A stretch of DNA of 64,000 nt from an uncultured bacterium (GCA_965650105.1 CBFGNI010000001.1:730-64729); one strand, 5' to 3'. Positions 37,506 through 47,155 are shown, counted from the first letter of the stretch. Program-made: numbers and translations. Notes: a model not told the origin generated them from the sequence alone.

Positions 37506-40193
37506 ATGAAAAGATTATTTCTACCTCTATTGATCTTGCTGTGTACCTCAATGGTAAGCACTGCCCAAATCCCCTATTTTCAAGGGTTCGATGCAGCCGC
37601 TACTAATACTTGGTCATTCACTGCAACACCTGCTGCATATCTTTTCGGCCCTTCGCTGAATGATATGTGGAAGGATACTACTTATATAGGTAACACTACC
37701 AGTGGCAACGTAGCTATAAGCGCTGCCGCACAAGGCACTAAATTTTGGGGCATGTGGGATCTGGAAAATGACTATAGTAAGGTACTTATTCCCGCACCTT
37801 ATTATCACTATTTAGATTTTGATCCTGTAGCACTAACACCTGGCAATACTTATAATGTCAAGTTCAAATACTTCACACATATTGTAGGTGGCAGCGGCGA
37901 TTCTATTGGCTATATAGTAGAATATAATAACGGTACTACGTGGAACATGGCAAACTATGTGGCCCTTCCGGTAGCTAATAAAATCTGGGATTCCGTTGGT
38001 ATTGCTGTACCGGCAGGCAGTACGTATGTTCGCTTGCGCATACGTGCAAGAATTAATGGTGGCGATGATTGGGCAGGTATCGATGCCGTTCAGGTTAGCT
38101 CTACGCCCTTACCTCCTTCACTGGCTTTGCAAAAGAATTTGTTTATTGCCGATGAAGCCGGCGACACGGTAAAAGTAGGTGTGGTTATCACCAATAAAAA
38201 TGCAACTGCTACTACAGTCGATGTTGGGTTGACTGCCGGTTTTAATACTACTACCACAAGCGATATTGCATTGCTTACACCTACACTCACATTTGGCCCT
38301 TCGTTGCGCGATACACAATATGCATTGATAAAAGTAAATAACGATCTGGTTGCTGAAGCCACTGAGTATTTTGGTCTTGAATTTTCAAATGTTGTTAATG
38401 CGAACATGTCTGCATCGGCCAGGAAAGTAACTGTGTACATTAAAGACAACGATTACACGGCGCCCGCAGCACGCAAAAATATCGAGCTGATGTATAAGGG
38501 CAGTTACTCAGTGCCTTATCTTGGTTCATCGGCCGAAATAGTGGCTTACGATAGTGCAACCAACAGGCTGTTTGTGGTCAACTCGCTGCAAAACGTATTG
38601 CATATATTAGATTTTACCAACCCATCGGTTATCACTACGGTCGATACTGTGAACCTTGCCAGGTATGGTGGTGGCATCAATTCTGTTGCGGTAAAAAATG
38701 GCATTGTTGCTATGGCTATCGAGGCCAGCCCTAAAACGGATAATGGCAAAATTGTTTTCCTGGATGCAAATGGCGTTTTTCAAAAACAAGTACCTGCCGG
38801 TGCATTGCCCGATATGGTAACCTTCACGCCTGATGGTAAATATGTACTTACTGCCAATGAAGGAGAGCCTAATGACGATTACGACGTAGATCCTGAAGGT
38901 TCGATAACTATAGTTGATATTCAAAATGGTATAACGAATGCAACTGCTACCAGCATAATGTTCACATCATTCAATGGGCAGGAAACTACGCTGCGCAGCC
39001 AGGGCATACGTATTTATGGCCCTAACGCTACTGCTGCTCAGGATTTTGAACCTGAATATATCACCGTATCTCCTACCTCCGATAAAGCTTGGGTTACGTT
39101 GCAGGAAAACAATGCAATCGCCACTATCGATATAGCTACTAAAACAATTACAGGTATCAAGACTTTAGGTTATACCGATCACCTGGTAGCGGGCAATGCT
39201 CTGGATGCCAGCGATAATAATGGGGAGGTACTGATAGCTAACTGGCCGGTAAGAGGTATGCATCTTCCTGATGCGGTCAGCAACTTTACTGTAAATGGTA
39301 ATACTTACCTCGTTACAGCCAACGAAGGCGACTCTCGCGATTATGATGGCTATTCTGAAGAAGCTAGAATAGGTAGCGGTGGCTATAAGCTCGATGCTGC
39401 TAAATTTCCTCAGGCCGATTTGTTGAAAGCAAGCTATAACCTGGGAAGGCTGAATGCGGTTAAATCTTTAGGCGATACTGATAACGATGGCGATTTCGAT
39501 GAAATATACGTGTTAGGCAGCCGTAGCTTCAGCATTTTCAATGCAGGCAATATCAATTTGGTTTACGATAGCGGTGAAGATTTCGAGCAAATAACGAATG
39601 CTGATCCTGTATATGGTAAATTCTTCAATGCCGATAACGAAGGCCAGGCTAAAAAGAACCGCAGCGATAATAAAGGCCCCGAACCTGAAGGTGTAGCGGT
39701 AGGCACCATCAACGATACTACCTATGCTTTCGTAACACTTGAGCGTATGGGCGGTGTAATGGTTTACGATGTTACCAATCCTTCTGCTCCTGCTTTTGTA
39801 CAATATATCAATACCCGTACTACTGCATTTTATGGCGGCGATCAGGCGCCGGAAGGTATTATATTCCTGGGTGCAAAGCATAACCCGCACAACAAGAACT
39901 TTATACTTACGGCAAACGAAGTAAGCGGTACATTGGCCGTATTTGAAATAAATGCAGCCCAATTGCCTGATGCAGTTGCAAATATCGAATTGCCTCGTAT
40001 TCATGTATATCCTAATCCCGCTAAAGATGTGCTGTATTTTAGTCAGCCGCTTTCAGGCGCGTTGTACGATATATCAGGTAAAACGGTAGCGCAATTTCAA
40101 AATGCCAATAACATAAATGTATCTTCTTATGCTAAAGGCTTTTACATTTTAAAGGCAGATGGCTTTAAAGTAGAAAGAATTGTTATTCAATAA
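37506..40193 (+). CDS. Large T9SS-secreted protein: N-terminal beta-sandwich region, Calx-beta-like module, choice-of-anchor-I-like beta-propeller, Por C-terminal sorting domain
   Basis: Starting at ATG 37506 gives the signal peptide MKRLFLPLLILLCTSMVSTAQ. VTVYIKDND is Calx-beta-like. The repeated TANEGEPNDDYD / TANEGDSRDYD motifs resemble the choice-of-anchor-I family. The C-terminal VYPNPAKDVLYF...FYILKADG...ERIVIQ matches a T9SS sorting domain. Confidence 0.75.
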   Translation: MKRLFLPLLILLCTSMVSTAQIPYFQGFDAAATNTWSFTATPAAYLFGPSLNDMWKDTTYIGNTTSGNVAISAAAQGTKFWGMWDLENDYSKVLIPAPYYHYLDFDPVALTPGNTYNVKFKYFTHIVGGSGDSIGYIVEYNNGTTWNMANYVALPVANKIWDSVGIAVPAGSTYVRLRIRARINGGDDWAGIDAVQVSSTPLPPSLALQKNLFIADEAGDTVKVGVVITNKNATATTVDVGLTAGFNTTTTSDIALLTPTLTFGPSLRDTQYALIKVNNDLVAEATEYFGLEFSNVVNANMSASARKVTVYIKDNDYTAPAARKNIELMYKGSYSVPYLGSSAEIVAYDSATNRLFVVNSLQNVLHILDFTNPSVITTVDTVNLARYGGGINSVAVKNGIVAMAIEASPKTDNGKIVFLDANGVFQKQVPAGALPDMVTFTPDGKYVLTANEGEPNDDYDVDPEGSITIVDIQNGITNATATSIMFTSFNGQETTLRSQGIRIYGPNATAAQDFEPEYITVSPTSDKAWVTLQENNAIATIDIATKTITGIKTLGYTDHLVAGNALDASDNNGEVLIANWPVRGMHLPDAVSNFTVNGNTYLVTANEGDSRDYDGYSEEARIGSGGYKLDAAKFPQADLLKASYNLGRLNAVKSLGDTDNDGDFDEIYVLGSRSFSIFNAGNINLVYDSGEDFEQITNADPVYGKFFNADNEGQAKKNRSDNKGPEPEGVAVGTINDTTYAFVTLERMGGVMVYDVTNPSAPAFVQYINTRTTAFYGGDQAPEGIIFLGAKHNPHNKNFILTANEVSGTLAVFEINAAQLPDAVANIELPRIHVYPNPAKDVLYFSQPLSGALYDISGKTVAQFQNANNINVSSYAKGFYILKADGFKVERIVIQ

Positions 40194-40212
40194 AAACATT
40201 ACAATATCCCTC

Positions 40213-40245
40213 AGGCGCCCGTTTTCCAGCGGGCGCTTATTTTTG
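40213..40245 (+). terminator. Rho-independent terminator
   Basis: GCGCCCG (40215-40221) pairs with CGGGCGC (40230-40236), followed by TTATTTTTG. Confidence 0.8.
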
Positions 40246-40539
40246 TCATAATATTATCATTTCAAAAGTTTTTCATTATACTTGCCCAACGAAAAAAGAC
40301 GCATACCAGTCTTATTTACAACACGATATACCAAAATCGGCGGTAAACGTAAAACTTCGGTTTATATTGTGTAGTTAATTTGGCTTAGTATTTGTTTTAA
40401 CTTTTTCACAACGTTGCATACTAAAATTGTAAGCCCAACGTTAAATTTTCTTAAACGCGCAATATATAGATATACACCTCTACCTAACATTAATTACTGC
40501 ATGGCGTAACTGTACGTTATTTCAAAAAGGTAGAAGTAT

Positions 40540-41121
40540 ATGCAATTGATCCATCAAGTTTCCGATGCTGAGTTAATTCACGCGTTCCTCCAGGGGGACG
40601 AGCGGACGCTCGAAGTGCTTATTACCCGTTATAAGGATAAGATATATACATCTATCTATATGTTGGTGAAGGATAAGTTCATCGCTGAAGATATTTTTCA
40701 GGATGCCTTCCTGAAAATGATACGCACTATGCGCGATGGGCGCTATTCCGAACAAGGTAAATTCCTGCCGTGGGCTATACGCGTGGCGCACAATCTCTGT
40801 ATGGACCACTTCCGCAAGGTGCGACAAAACATACCGGTCACACTGCCCGATGGCACCGATCTTTCTATTTTTCTTTCTCCCGCTGAAAGCCCGGGCAATG
40901 CGCTGGAGCGCAGGCAAACACATGCAAGTGTGCGCCAGCTTATAGAAGAATTGCCCGAAGAGCAACGTGAGGTAATAATACTGCGTATGTATGGCGATCT
41001 TAGCTTTAAAGAGATAGCAGCCATCACATCTGTAAGTATAAATACCGCCCTGGGGCGTATGCGCTACGGCTTGTTAAACCTGCGTAAAATGATACAAGAC
41101 CGCCAAATGGTGCTGCGCTGA
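40540..41121 (+). CDS. ECF-type RNA polymerase sigma-70 family factor
   Basis: 193 aa with region 2 (DIFQDAFLKMI...WAIRVAHNLCMDHFRK) and region 4 (LPEEQREVIILRMYGDLSFKEIAAITSVSINTALGRMRYG). No adjacent anti-sigma gene is visible. Confidence 0.88.
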   Translation: MQLIHQVSDAELIHAFLQGDERTLEVLITRYKDKIYTSIYMLVKDKFIAEDIFQDAFLKMIRTMRDGRYSEQGKFLPWAIRVAHNLCMDHFRKVRQNIPVTLPDGTDLSIFLSPAESPGNALERRQTHASVRQLIEELPEEQREVIILRMYGDLSFKEIAAITSVSINTALGRMRYGLLNLRKMIQDRQMVLR

Positions 41122-41149
41122 TAGCGCCATTTTGGCTATCTTGCCGCCT

Positions 41150-41875
41150 ATGGCTTTACCCGTGTTTTTTCATCCCGGCAATTTAGTTGCGGGCCAGCAA
41201 TTGTGGCTGGAAGAAGATACCGCGCGCCATGTAGTGCAGGTACTGCGCATGCAGGTTGGTGGGCAGTTTATACTTACCAATGGCAAAGGACATGCGGCAA
41301 CGGTGCGTATTACCGAAGCTGCAAAGAAAAAATGCGCTGTATATATTGAAGAGGTTGTATCGCATCAGCAGGCAAAAGGCATACTGCATTTGGCCGTAGC
41401 CTTTACAAAAAATACAGGTCGCAACGAGTGGCTTTTAGAAAAAGCTACAGAGCTGGGCGCAAATACTATTACACCTATACAGGCTACGCGCAGCGAACGT
41501 GAAAGAGTAAAACCCGACCGCTGGAACAACATACTCATTGCTGCCATGCTGCAATCACAGCAGTATCATTTACCGCAGCTTAACGAACCCGCCACCCCAG
41601 AGCAATTGGTGCGCTACCTGGACAATATACCGCAAAAGCTGGTTGCGCATTGTATGGAGGGCAAAGAAAGGGAGCCGTTGTCTATAGCATGCAAACCCGG
41701 TTTGGAAACCGTGATACTTATTGGCCCTGAAGGCGATTTTACACCAGAAGAAGTGGCATTGCTGGAGCAAAATAATTTTGTTGCCATATCATTGGGCCAT
41801 CGCCGCCTGCGCACCGAAACTGCAGCAATGTCGGTGTGCAGTTATTTTAATACCATCAATTATGAAGAAGCTTAG
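41150..41875 (+). CDS. rsmE: 16S rRNA (uracil1498-N3)-methyltransferase RsmE
   Basis: The track ORF starts at TTG 41132; ATG 41150 is preferred. It has the RsmE-like motifs HHVVQVLRM, the SPOUT knot region IGPEGDFTPEE and LGHRRLRTETAA. Confidence 0.88.
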   Translation: MALPVFFHPGNLVAGQQLWLEEDTARHVVQVLRMQVGGQFILTNGKGHAATVRITEAAKKKCAVYIEEVVSHQQAKGILHLAVAFTKNTGRNEWLLEKATELGANTITPIQATRSERERVKPDRWNNILIAAMLQSQQYHLPQLNEPATPEQLVRYLDNIPQKLVAHCMEGKEREPLSIACKPGLETVILIGPEGDFTPEEVALLEQNNFVAISLGHRRLRTETAAMSVCSYFNTINYEEA

Positions 41876-42527
41876 CCTAATTATTGCTCTGTGCCTGTTT
41901 TCAGCAGGCTTCGTAAACGCGCAAAATATGAAGCTGGCTTTGCTGATATATAATGGCGGTGGCGACTGGTATGCTAACCCCACATCGCTAAAGAACCTTG
42001 CCGCTTTTTGCAACCAGCAGTTGCATACCCGTTTCGATACTAAAGAAGCGCAGGTGGAAATTGGCAGCCCCGATCTGTTCAATTATCCGTTCATACACAT
42101 GACGGGCCATGGGCGCTGGGCGGTAAGCGATGCAGAGGCGCAGAACCTGCGTAAGTACCTGGAGTCGGGTGGTTTTCTGCATATTGATGATAACTACGGT
42201 TTGGATGAATATGTGCGCCCCGCACTAAAGAAAGTTTTTCCCGAAGCCGAATTGGTTGAGCTGCCTTTCTCGCATCCCATCTACCATCAAAAATTCAACT
42301 TCCCGAACGGTGTACCCAAGATACACGAGCACGATAAAAAACCACCTAAAGGTTATGGCATAATATACAAAGGCAAGTTGGTATGTTATTATACGGTAGA
42401 GACCGATCTGGGCGATGGTTGGGAAGATCAGGAAGTACACCACGATACACCCGAAAAGCACCAGCAGGCCTTGCAAATGGGCGCTAATATTATTCAGTAT
42501 GTATTCAATAGTAATGCAGGTAGCTAA
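41862..42527 (+). CDS. DUF4159-like secreted protein
   Basis: Starting at ATG 41862 gives the signal peptide MKKLSLIIALCLFSAGFVNAQ. The segments LLIYNGGGDWYANPTSLKNL, FIHMTGHG and GGFLHIDDNYG resemble DUF4159. The gene overlaps rsmE by 14 nt. Confidence 0.7.
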   Translation: MKKLSLIIALCLFSAGFVNAQNMKLALLIYNGGGDWYANPTSLKNLAAFCNQQLHTRFDTKEAQVEIGSPDLFNYPFIHMTGHGRWAVSDAEAQNLRKYLESGGFLHIDDNYGLDEYVRPALKKVFPEAELVELPFSHPIYHQKFNFPNGVPKIHEHDKKPPKGYGIIYKGKLVCYYTVETDLGDGWEDQEVHHDTPEKHQQALQMGANIIQYVFNSNAGS

Positions 42528-42533
42528 TACCGG

Positions 42534-43655
42534 CTATTGGCGGCTTATTATCTCAACAGCCTTCTGCGCTATGTTGCCCCAGTAGTAGGTATCGTAAAAG
42601 CTTTGGGGGGTGGGTGATGATTGGGTCATTGCATTCAGTATGTCCTTAATAAAGGCATCCCAGTCGTGGTCGGCACTTACATGCAGGTTATTGCCGCATA
42701 CACTTCTTATAAGCCCTGCAGCCCCGCTTTCGCAGCTTACTACCTGTTTGTTATAGCTTAGCGCTTCTATGGCTTTGGTTTTTATACCGCCACCTGTTAT
42801 TACTGGGTTCAGCATCACGTCGCATGCCTGCAAAAATAATTTAAGGCTTTCCAGAAAGCCCGTATATATTACGTTTTCAGTATTCGCAATACGCGCTTGC
42901 AGTGGTTCAGATAATCCCTTGCCTGCTATTAGCACCTGGTAGCCCTTTCCACTTTTATTTAGTCTTGGCATTATTTCATCCAATATATAAGTAACGGCTT
43001 GTTCGTTTGGTGTATAGCTTAGTGCGCCCAGGAAATATAACCACGGTTTACCGGCATCTATATGCAGGCTTTTGGCTAGTTGTGTTTTTGCATCTGCAAT
43101 TAGCGCGGGGGGCTCACTAAGATTGGTGCCAAAAGGTAAAACATGGCATTTTTCAGCAGGTATGCCATAGTTGGTTATTACCCATTGTGCATCTTCTTCA
43201 GTAACAAAAAAACTGCTTTTTGCATGCTTCATGGCAAATTTTTCAAAGCTATGCATCAGTGGCCACCACTTTTTGCCCAATGTTCTAAACCGCTCCGATT
43301 CTATATTGTGGCTTCTCAAAAACCAGGGTATACCCAGCTTGCGTGCAACCAGCATAGCTGTAGGCGCCATATATGGGTGGTCGCAAAATATAGCAGTGCA
43401 ATCATAACGCTTGCCTATGTTAAGTATAGTAGTGTAGCAATAAAAAGGCAGGTAGCGCCATATAGTAGCCGGCAGTACGGCATGCATATCGAACGCGTAA
43501 TTATTGGCAGGATCATTATTATTGGTGCTTACCAGGTGGTCTGGGCACAGCTTGCCGATATTATGGTGCATATCCAATATGCCTAAGTGTCCACCACCTG
43601 TTGCAGGTAGCAGGCGGTAAGGAGCTATGCTCAATAAACTGCAATGGCGTAACAT
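42534..43655 (-). CDS. Glycosyltransferase, GT4 (group 1) family
   Basis: 373 aa with a GT-B fold pattern and a C-terminal EX7E-like region (GGIKTKAIEALSYNKQVV). Confidence 0.8.
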   Translation of the reverse strand: MLRHCSLLSIAPYRLLPATGGGHLGILDMHHNIGKLCPDHLVSTNNNDPANNYAFDMHAVLPATIWRYLPFYCYTTILNIGKRYDCTAIFCDHPYMAPTAMLVARKLGIPWFLRSHNIESERFRTLGKKWWPLMHSFEKFAMKHAKSSFFVTEEDAQWVITNYGIPAEKCHVLPFGTNLSEPPALIADAKTQLAKSLHIDAGKPWLYFLGALSYTPNEQAVTYILDEIMPRLNKSGKGYQVLIAGKGLSEPLQARIANTENVIYTGFLESLKLFLQACDVMLNPVITGGGIKTKAIEALSYNKQVVSCESGAAGLIRSVCGNNLHVSADHDWDAFIKDILNAMTQSSPTPQSFYDTYYWGNIAQKAVEIISRQ

Positions 43656-43775
43656 CGGTTGCTAAAATAAAGTTTATTGGCTATTGATTATATTTTCTTT
43701 TCAAATCATTTTATCGGCTCTGTTTATGACGAATGTCATCATGCTATATGTTTAGCGCGTAGCTATATTGCGGCC

Positions 43776-43892
43776 ATGATTAAGGAGAAGCAATTTCAAA
43801 AAGATAATCAGGAATTGAAAGGCGGGAATATAATTCTAATGCTTATAGCCGCCTTACTGATAGTATCGGTAGTGCTGTTGATATACATATAA
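43776..43892 (+). CDS. Possible 38-aa tail-anchored small membrane protein
   Basis: ATG 43776 gives MIKEKQFQKDNQELKGGNIILMLIAALLIVSVVLLIYI, followed 30 nt later by a good terminator. There is no homology evidence. Confidence 0.3.
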   Translation: MIKEKQFQKDNQELKGGNIILMLIAALLIVSVVLLIYI

Positions 43893-43924
43893 TGGTTCCC
43901 TGTTTTTTCTCATAGTGTTTATTC

Positions 43925-43952
43925 AAAACAGTCGTTTACGGCTGTTTTTTTT
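43925..43952 (+). terminator. Rho-independent terminator
   Basis: AAAACAGTCG pairs with CGGCTGTTTT (one G-U pair, TTTA loop), followed by an 8-T run. Confidence 0.7.
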
Positions 43953-44350
43953 ATGAGCGCCTTAAAACGAACAGGGGCCCGGTAGATACCGAAAGCCCCT
44001 GTACAAATCTGTCCCTTCAGGGTGTTAGCCCTATATCTTCACTGGCTGTTATTACAGCCCCGTTTTCACAAATATGTTATTGCAATTAAGAATCAAATAT
44101 TGGTTCAGCCTCAGCTATATCTTCATCTCTTGCATAAAATTACAGCAGCAAATGTTAAAAGAATCATGATGTTTATCATCATTCCTATTACTTACTGTTC
44201 CATGACAATAATTTTGTTTGCTTATTATATTAATAAGAAGTATTTTTGCTATTATTAAATTTAAATATGCACATTCCTGCCTGCATATTTCAGTAAAACG
44301 GATCCGTTATATTATTCAACCTTAATTACCTATCAAAAAAAGGAAAAACC

Positions 44351-45691
44351 ATGAAACCCGAACACGAACTCTTTGTAAAGGGGATGATACAGCATGGTGA
44401 TAAACGCCGTGCCTATCAATCTGCCTACCCCGGTGTATCGCCCGAAAGTGCCCGCACCGCGGCTAACAGGCTATTGCGCGACCCTGAAATATTTAATCGT
44501 ATTCTGGATATAACCCGGCGCGCCCGCAACCGCGCGCTGGAAGAGCTGGACGATGAAGCTTTTGAAATGGCGCAGCAGCAATTACTTACCATACGCGAAA
44601 AGAGGGCTGCCCTTACCGAAATGGTGAATGGTAACTACAAACGCAAACGCTATATAAAATTGAAAGACAAAGTGGAAGTGGTATATGAAGATATAAGTGT
44701 GTATGCTGTACTGCGGGCTATCGAATTGGATAGTAAACTATCCGGTGAGTTAACCCCCGGCGCCAGGAAAATAGACAAGGAATTGAAGAAGGAGCCGGTG
44801 GCGGGCACATACCAGATATTTATTGGTGGCGACGAGTTGGATGGTGAGAGGAATACTGCTGAGGCGCCTGCTGAAGTTACACAAGCGTCTTGCACTAACC
44901 CGATGCTGCACATCAATTGGACACAAGCCGATGAAACAGCCCTGGAAAATGAGCCACCGCTAAATTGGCCGGTTGAGGAGGTGCAGGCAGCTACAGCAAC
45001 GCTAAAAGAGCAATATGAACTGGAGATGTTTAAAGATGATACATTTTTGCGATGGCTGATAAAGGCACCACAAACGCACGATGAGGGCCATAGCCGGTGG
45101 GCGGGAGTGCTACTGGCACAACTGCGTAGGCATGGTATCCCGGAACACGAAACGCATACGCCCCCGAAAACGGAACAAAATGGAACAAAAAATATCCCGC
45201 AACCAATATCTTTGCCCTTTAAGCAGGATATGAAAATATTAATGGTATGCCTGGGCAATATCTGTCGCTCACCAATAGCCGAAGGGTTGATGAGGCATAA
45301 AATAAAACAACACGGGTTAAATTGGGAAGTGGCATCGGCAGGTACGGAAAGTTATCATATAGGCGAGGCACCACATCAGTTTTCGCAAAATATCTGTCGG
45401 TTGAAAGGGGTAGATATATCGGCGCAGCGGGCCAGGAAGTTTACTGCGGTCGATTTCGCTGAATACGATAAGATATATGCTATGGCGGATGATGTATATG
45501 AAGAGATTGCAAGGATTGGTGGCCATAAGGCAGATATGGCCAGGGTTGAATACTTTTTGAATGAGCTGGAACCTGCAAGTAATGGCAACGTGCCCGACCC
45601 CTGGTATGGCCCCGAAGAAGGCTACACTACCGTTTACGAATTAATAGACCGCACCTGCAATGCGATCATAGAAAAATATAAGAAGCACTAA
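44351..45691 (+). CDS. Fusion ORF: phage terminase-small-subunit-like N-terminal domain, acidic linker, and low-molecular-weight protein-tyrosine phosphatase
   Basis: A single 446-aa reading frame. The N-terminus ELFVKGMIQHGDKRRAYQSAYPGVSPESARTAANRLLRDPEIFNRI...VLRAIELDSKL resembles Terminase_2. The C-terminal 153 aa start MKILMVCLGNICRSP (CX5R P-loop) and contain DPWYG. Confidence 0.8.
   Translation: MKPEHELFVKGMIQHGDKRRAYQSAYPGVSPESARTAANRLLRDPEIFNRILDITRRARNRALEELDDEAFEMAQQQLLTIREKRAALTEMVNGNYKRKRYIKLKDKVEVVYEDISVYAVLRAIELDSKLSGELTPGARKIDKELKKEPVAGTYQIFIGGDELDGERNTAEAPAEVTQASCTNPMLHINWTQADETALENEPPLNWPVEEVQAATATLKEQYELEMFKDDTFLRWLIKAPQTHDEGHSRWAGVLLAQLRRHGIPEHETHTPPKTEQNGTKNIPQPISLPFKQDMKILMVCLGNICRSPIAEGLMRHKIKQHGLNWEVASAGTESYHIGEAPHQFSQNICRLKGVDISAQRARKFTAVDFAEYDKIYAMADDVYEEIARIGGHKADMARVEYFLNELEPASNGNVPDPWYGPEEGYTTVYELIDRTCNAIIEKYKKH
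45207..45214 (+). promoter_or_regulatory. Possible internal Bacteroidota -7 promoter box (TATCTTTG) ahead of the phosphatase Met
   Basis: It matches the TAnnTTTG consensus and lies 16 nt upstream of ATG 45230. I saw no clear -33 TTTG. Confidence 0.25.
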
Positions 45692-47089
45692 ATGTCAAAA
45701 CCATCGATACCACAAGGCACGCGCGATTTTTCACCGGCAGAAGTACGCAAGCGCCAGTATATATTGAATACCATTCGTGGTGTATTTGAGCTATATGGCT
45801 TTCAGCCGCTGGAAACACCGGCCATGGAAAACCTGGTTACCCTTACGGGCAAGTACGGCGAAGAAGGCGACCGTTTAATATTTAAAATATTAAACAATGG
45901 CCTGCACGAAAAGAAAGAGGCCGATAAAGAGAAAATGAATGAAGAGTGGGGTAAGTTATTGAGCAAGCCATACAGCACACCTGTTGTTACTGAGCGTGCC
46001 CTGCGTTACGATCTTACTATCCCGTTTGCCCGCTACGTGGTTATGCACCAGAACGAGCTGGCATTTCCTTTCCGCCGCTACCAGATGCAGCCCGTATGGC
46101 GTGCCGATAGGCCCCAGAAAGGCCGTTACCGCGAGTTCTGGCAGTGCGATGCCGATGTGGTAGGCAGCACATCACTTATAAACGAAGCGGAACTGCTGTG
46201 CATTTATCAAAGCTCTTTCCACCGGTTGAACTTGCCGCAGATAGGCATCAAAATAAACAGTCGCAAATTACTGGCTGGCCTGGCAGAAATATGTGGTATG
46301 CCCGCGCTGATGGTGGATATAACCATCGCCCTCGATAAGTTGGATAAAATAGGCTGGGATGGTGTAGCGAAAGAACTGGCAGAAAGAGGGGTAGCAGATA
46401 CAGGAGTAGAAAAAATAAAACAGGTAATAGAAGTAACGGGAAATAACGAAGAAAAGCTGGCGGCGCTCTCTGAAATTATGAGCAACAGTGAAATTGGTTT
46501 GCAGGGAATTGAAGAACTGAAACAAACACTGGCTTACCATAATACGTTAACCAATAAAGACTGGACTTCAACCATAGAGGTAGATATTAGCCTGGCGCGT
46601 GGCTTGAATTACTATACAGGGGTAATTGTAGAAGTAGTGTGCCGTGCTGTAAAAATGGGCAGCATAGGTGGCGGTGGCAGGTACGATGATCTTACCGGGT
46701 TATTTGGCCTGAAAGGATTATCGGGAGTAGGTGTTTCCTTCGGTGTCGATAGGATTTACGATGTGATAGAAGAACTAGGTTTATTTCCGCAAGAGCTTAC
46801 CACGGGTACGCAGGTATTGCTTCTCAACTTCGGTGGCGAGAATGAAACCTATGCACTACAGGTGTTGCAGCAATTGCGTAACAATGGCATAGCAGCTGAG
46901 ATATACCCCGATGCGGCCAAGTTCGATAAACAGATGAAATATGCTAATAAAAGAAGCATTGCTTATGTAATACTTCCCGGCGATGAAGAACGTGAGAAAA
47001 ACCAGCTTAGCCTTAAAAACTTTACTACCGGCGAACAAATGATGGTGAGCCTAGAGGAGTGTATTGAATTATTAGATTCTTTGAAATAA
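45692..47089 (+). CDS. hisS: Histidine--tRNA ligase
   Basis: 465 aa. It has GTRDF near the N-terminus, the class II motifs FRRYQMQPVWRADRPQKGRYREFWQCD, ARGLNYYTG and GGGGRYDDL. The ATG directly abuts the preceding stop. Confidence 0.96.
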   Translation: MSKPSIPQGTRDFSPAEVRKRQYILNTIRGVFELYGFQPLETPAMENLVTLTGKYGEEGDRLIFKILNNGLHEKKEADKEKMNEEWGKLLSKPYSTPVVTERALRYDLTIPFARYVVMHQNELAFPFRRYQMQPVWRADRPQKGRYREFWQCDADVVGSTSLINEAELLCIYQSSFHRLNLPQIGIKINSRKLLAGLAEICGMPALMVDITIALDKLDKIGWDGVAKELAERGVADTGVEKIKQVIEVTGNNEEKLAALSEIMSNSEIGLQGIEELKQTLAYHNTLTNKDWTSTIEVDISLARGLNYYTGVIVEVVCRAVKMGSIGGGGRYDDLTGLFGLKGLSGVGVSFGVDRIYDVIEELGLFPQELTTGTQVLLLNFGGENETYALQVLQQLRNNGIAAEIYPDAAKFDKQMKYANKRSIAYVILPGDEEREKNQLSLKNFTTGEQMMVSLEECIELLDSLK

Positions 47090-47117
47090 AAAAAGAGTCC
47101 TGCGTTAGCAGGACTCT
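47087..47117. terminator. Terminator between convergent hisS and the OMP gene
   Basis: AGAGTCCTGC (47094-47103) pairs with GCAGGACTCT (47108-47117). A U-run is present on the minus-strand side. Confidence 0.8.
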
Positions 47118-47155
47118 CTCTGGTACCCCTGATATTAAATAAGTTGGGGAAGTAT

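Noticed and set aside
40410-40442. Two AACGTT palindromes 27 bp apart upstream of the ECF sigma gene, considered as an autoregulated AAC/CGT ECF promoter
   Set aside because: The spacing between the AAC and CGT elements does not fit the usual 16-17 nt. With the alternative pairing, the -10 element reads CGC. This is too weak to call.
44022-44258. 78-aa ORF (alternative start) and its internal 30-aa Met-initiated hydrophobic peptide
   Set aside because: The region is very AT-rich, which by itself produces Ile/Phe/Tyr/Asn/Lys-rich frames. There is no start context or conservation evidence. I mention it only within the intergenic-region finding.
44650-45258. 202-aa minus-strand ORF opposite the terminase-like/phosphatase ORF
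   Set aside because: The product is Ser/Cys-rich and motif-free, whereas the sense strand encodes recognisable domains. I treated it as a shadow frame.
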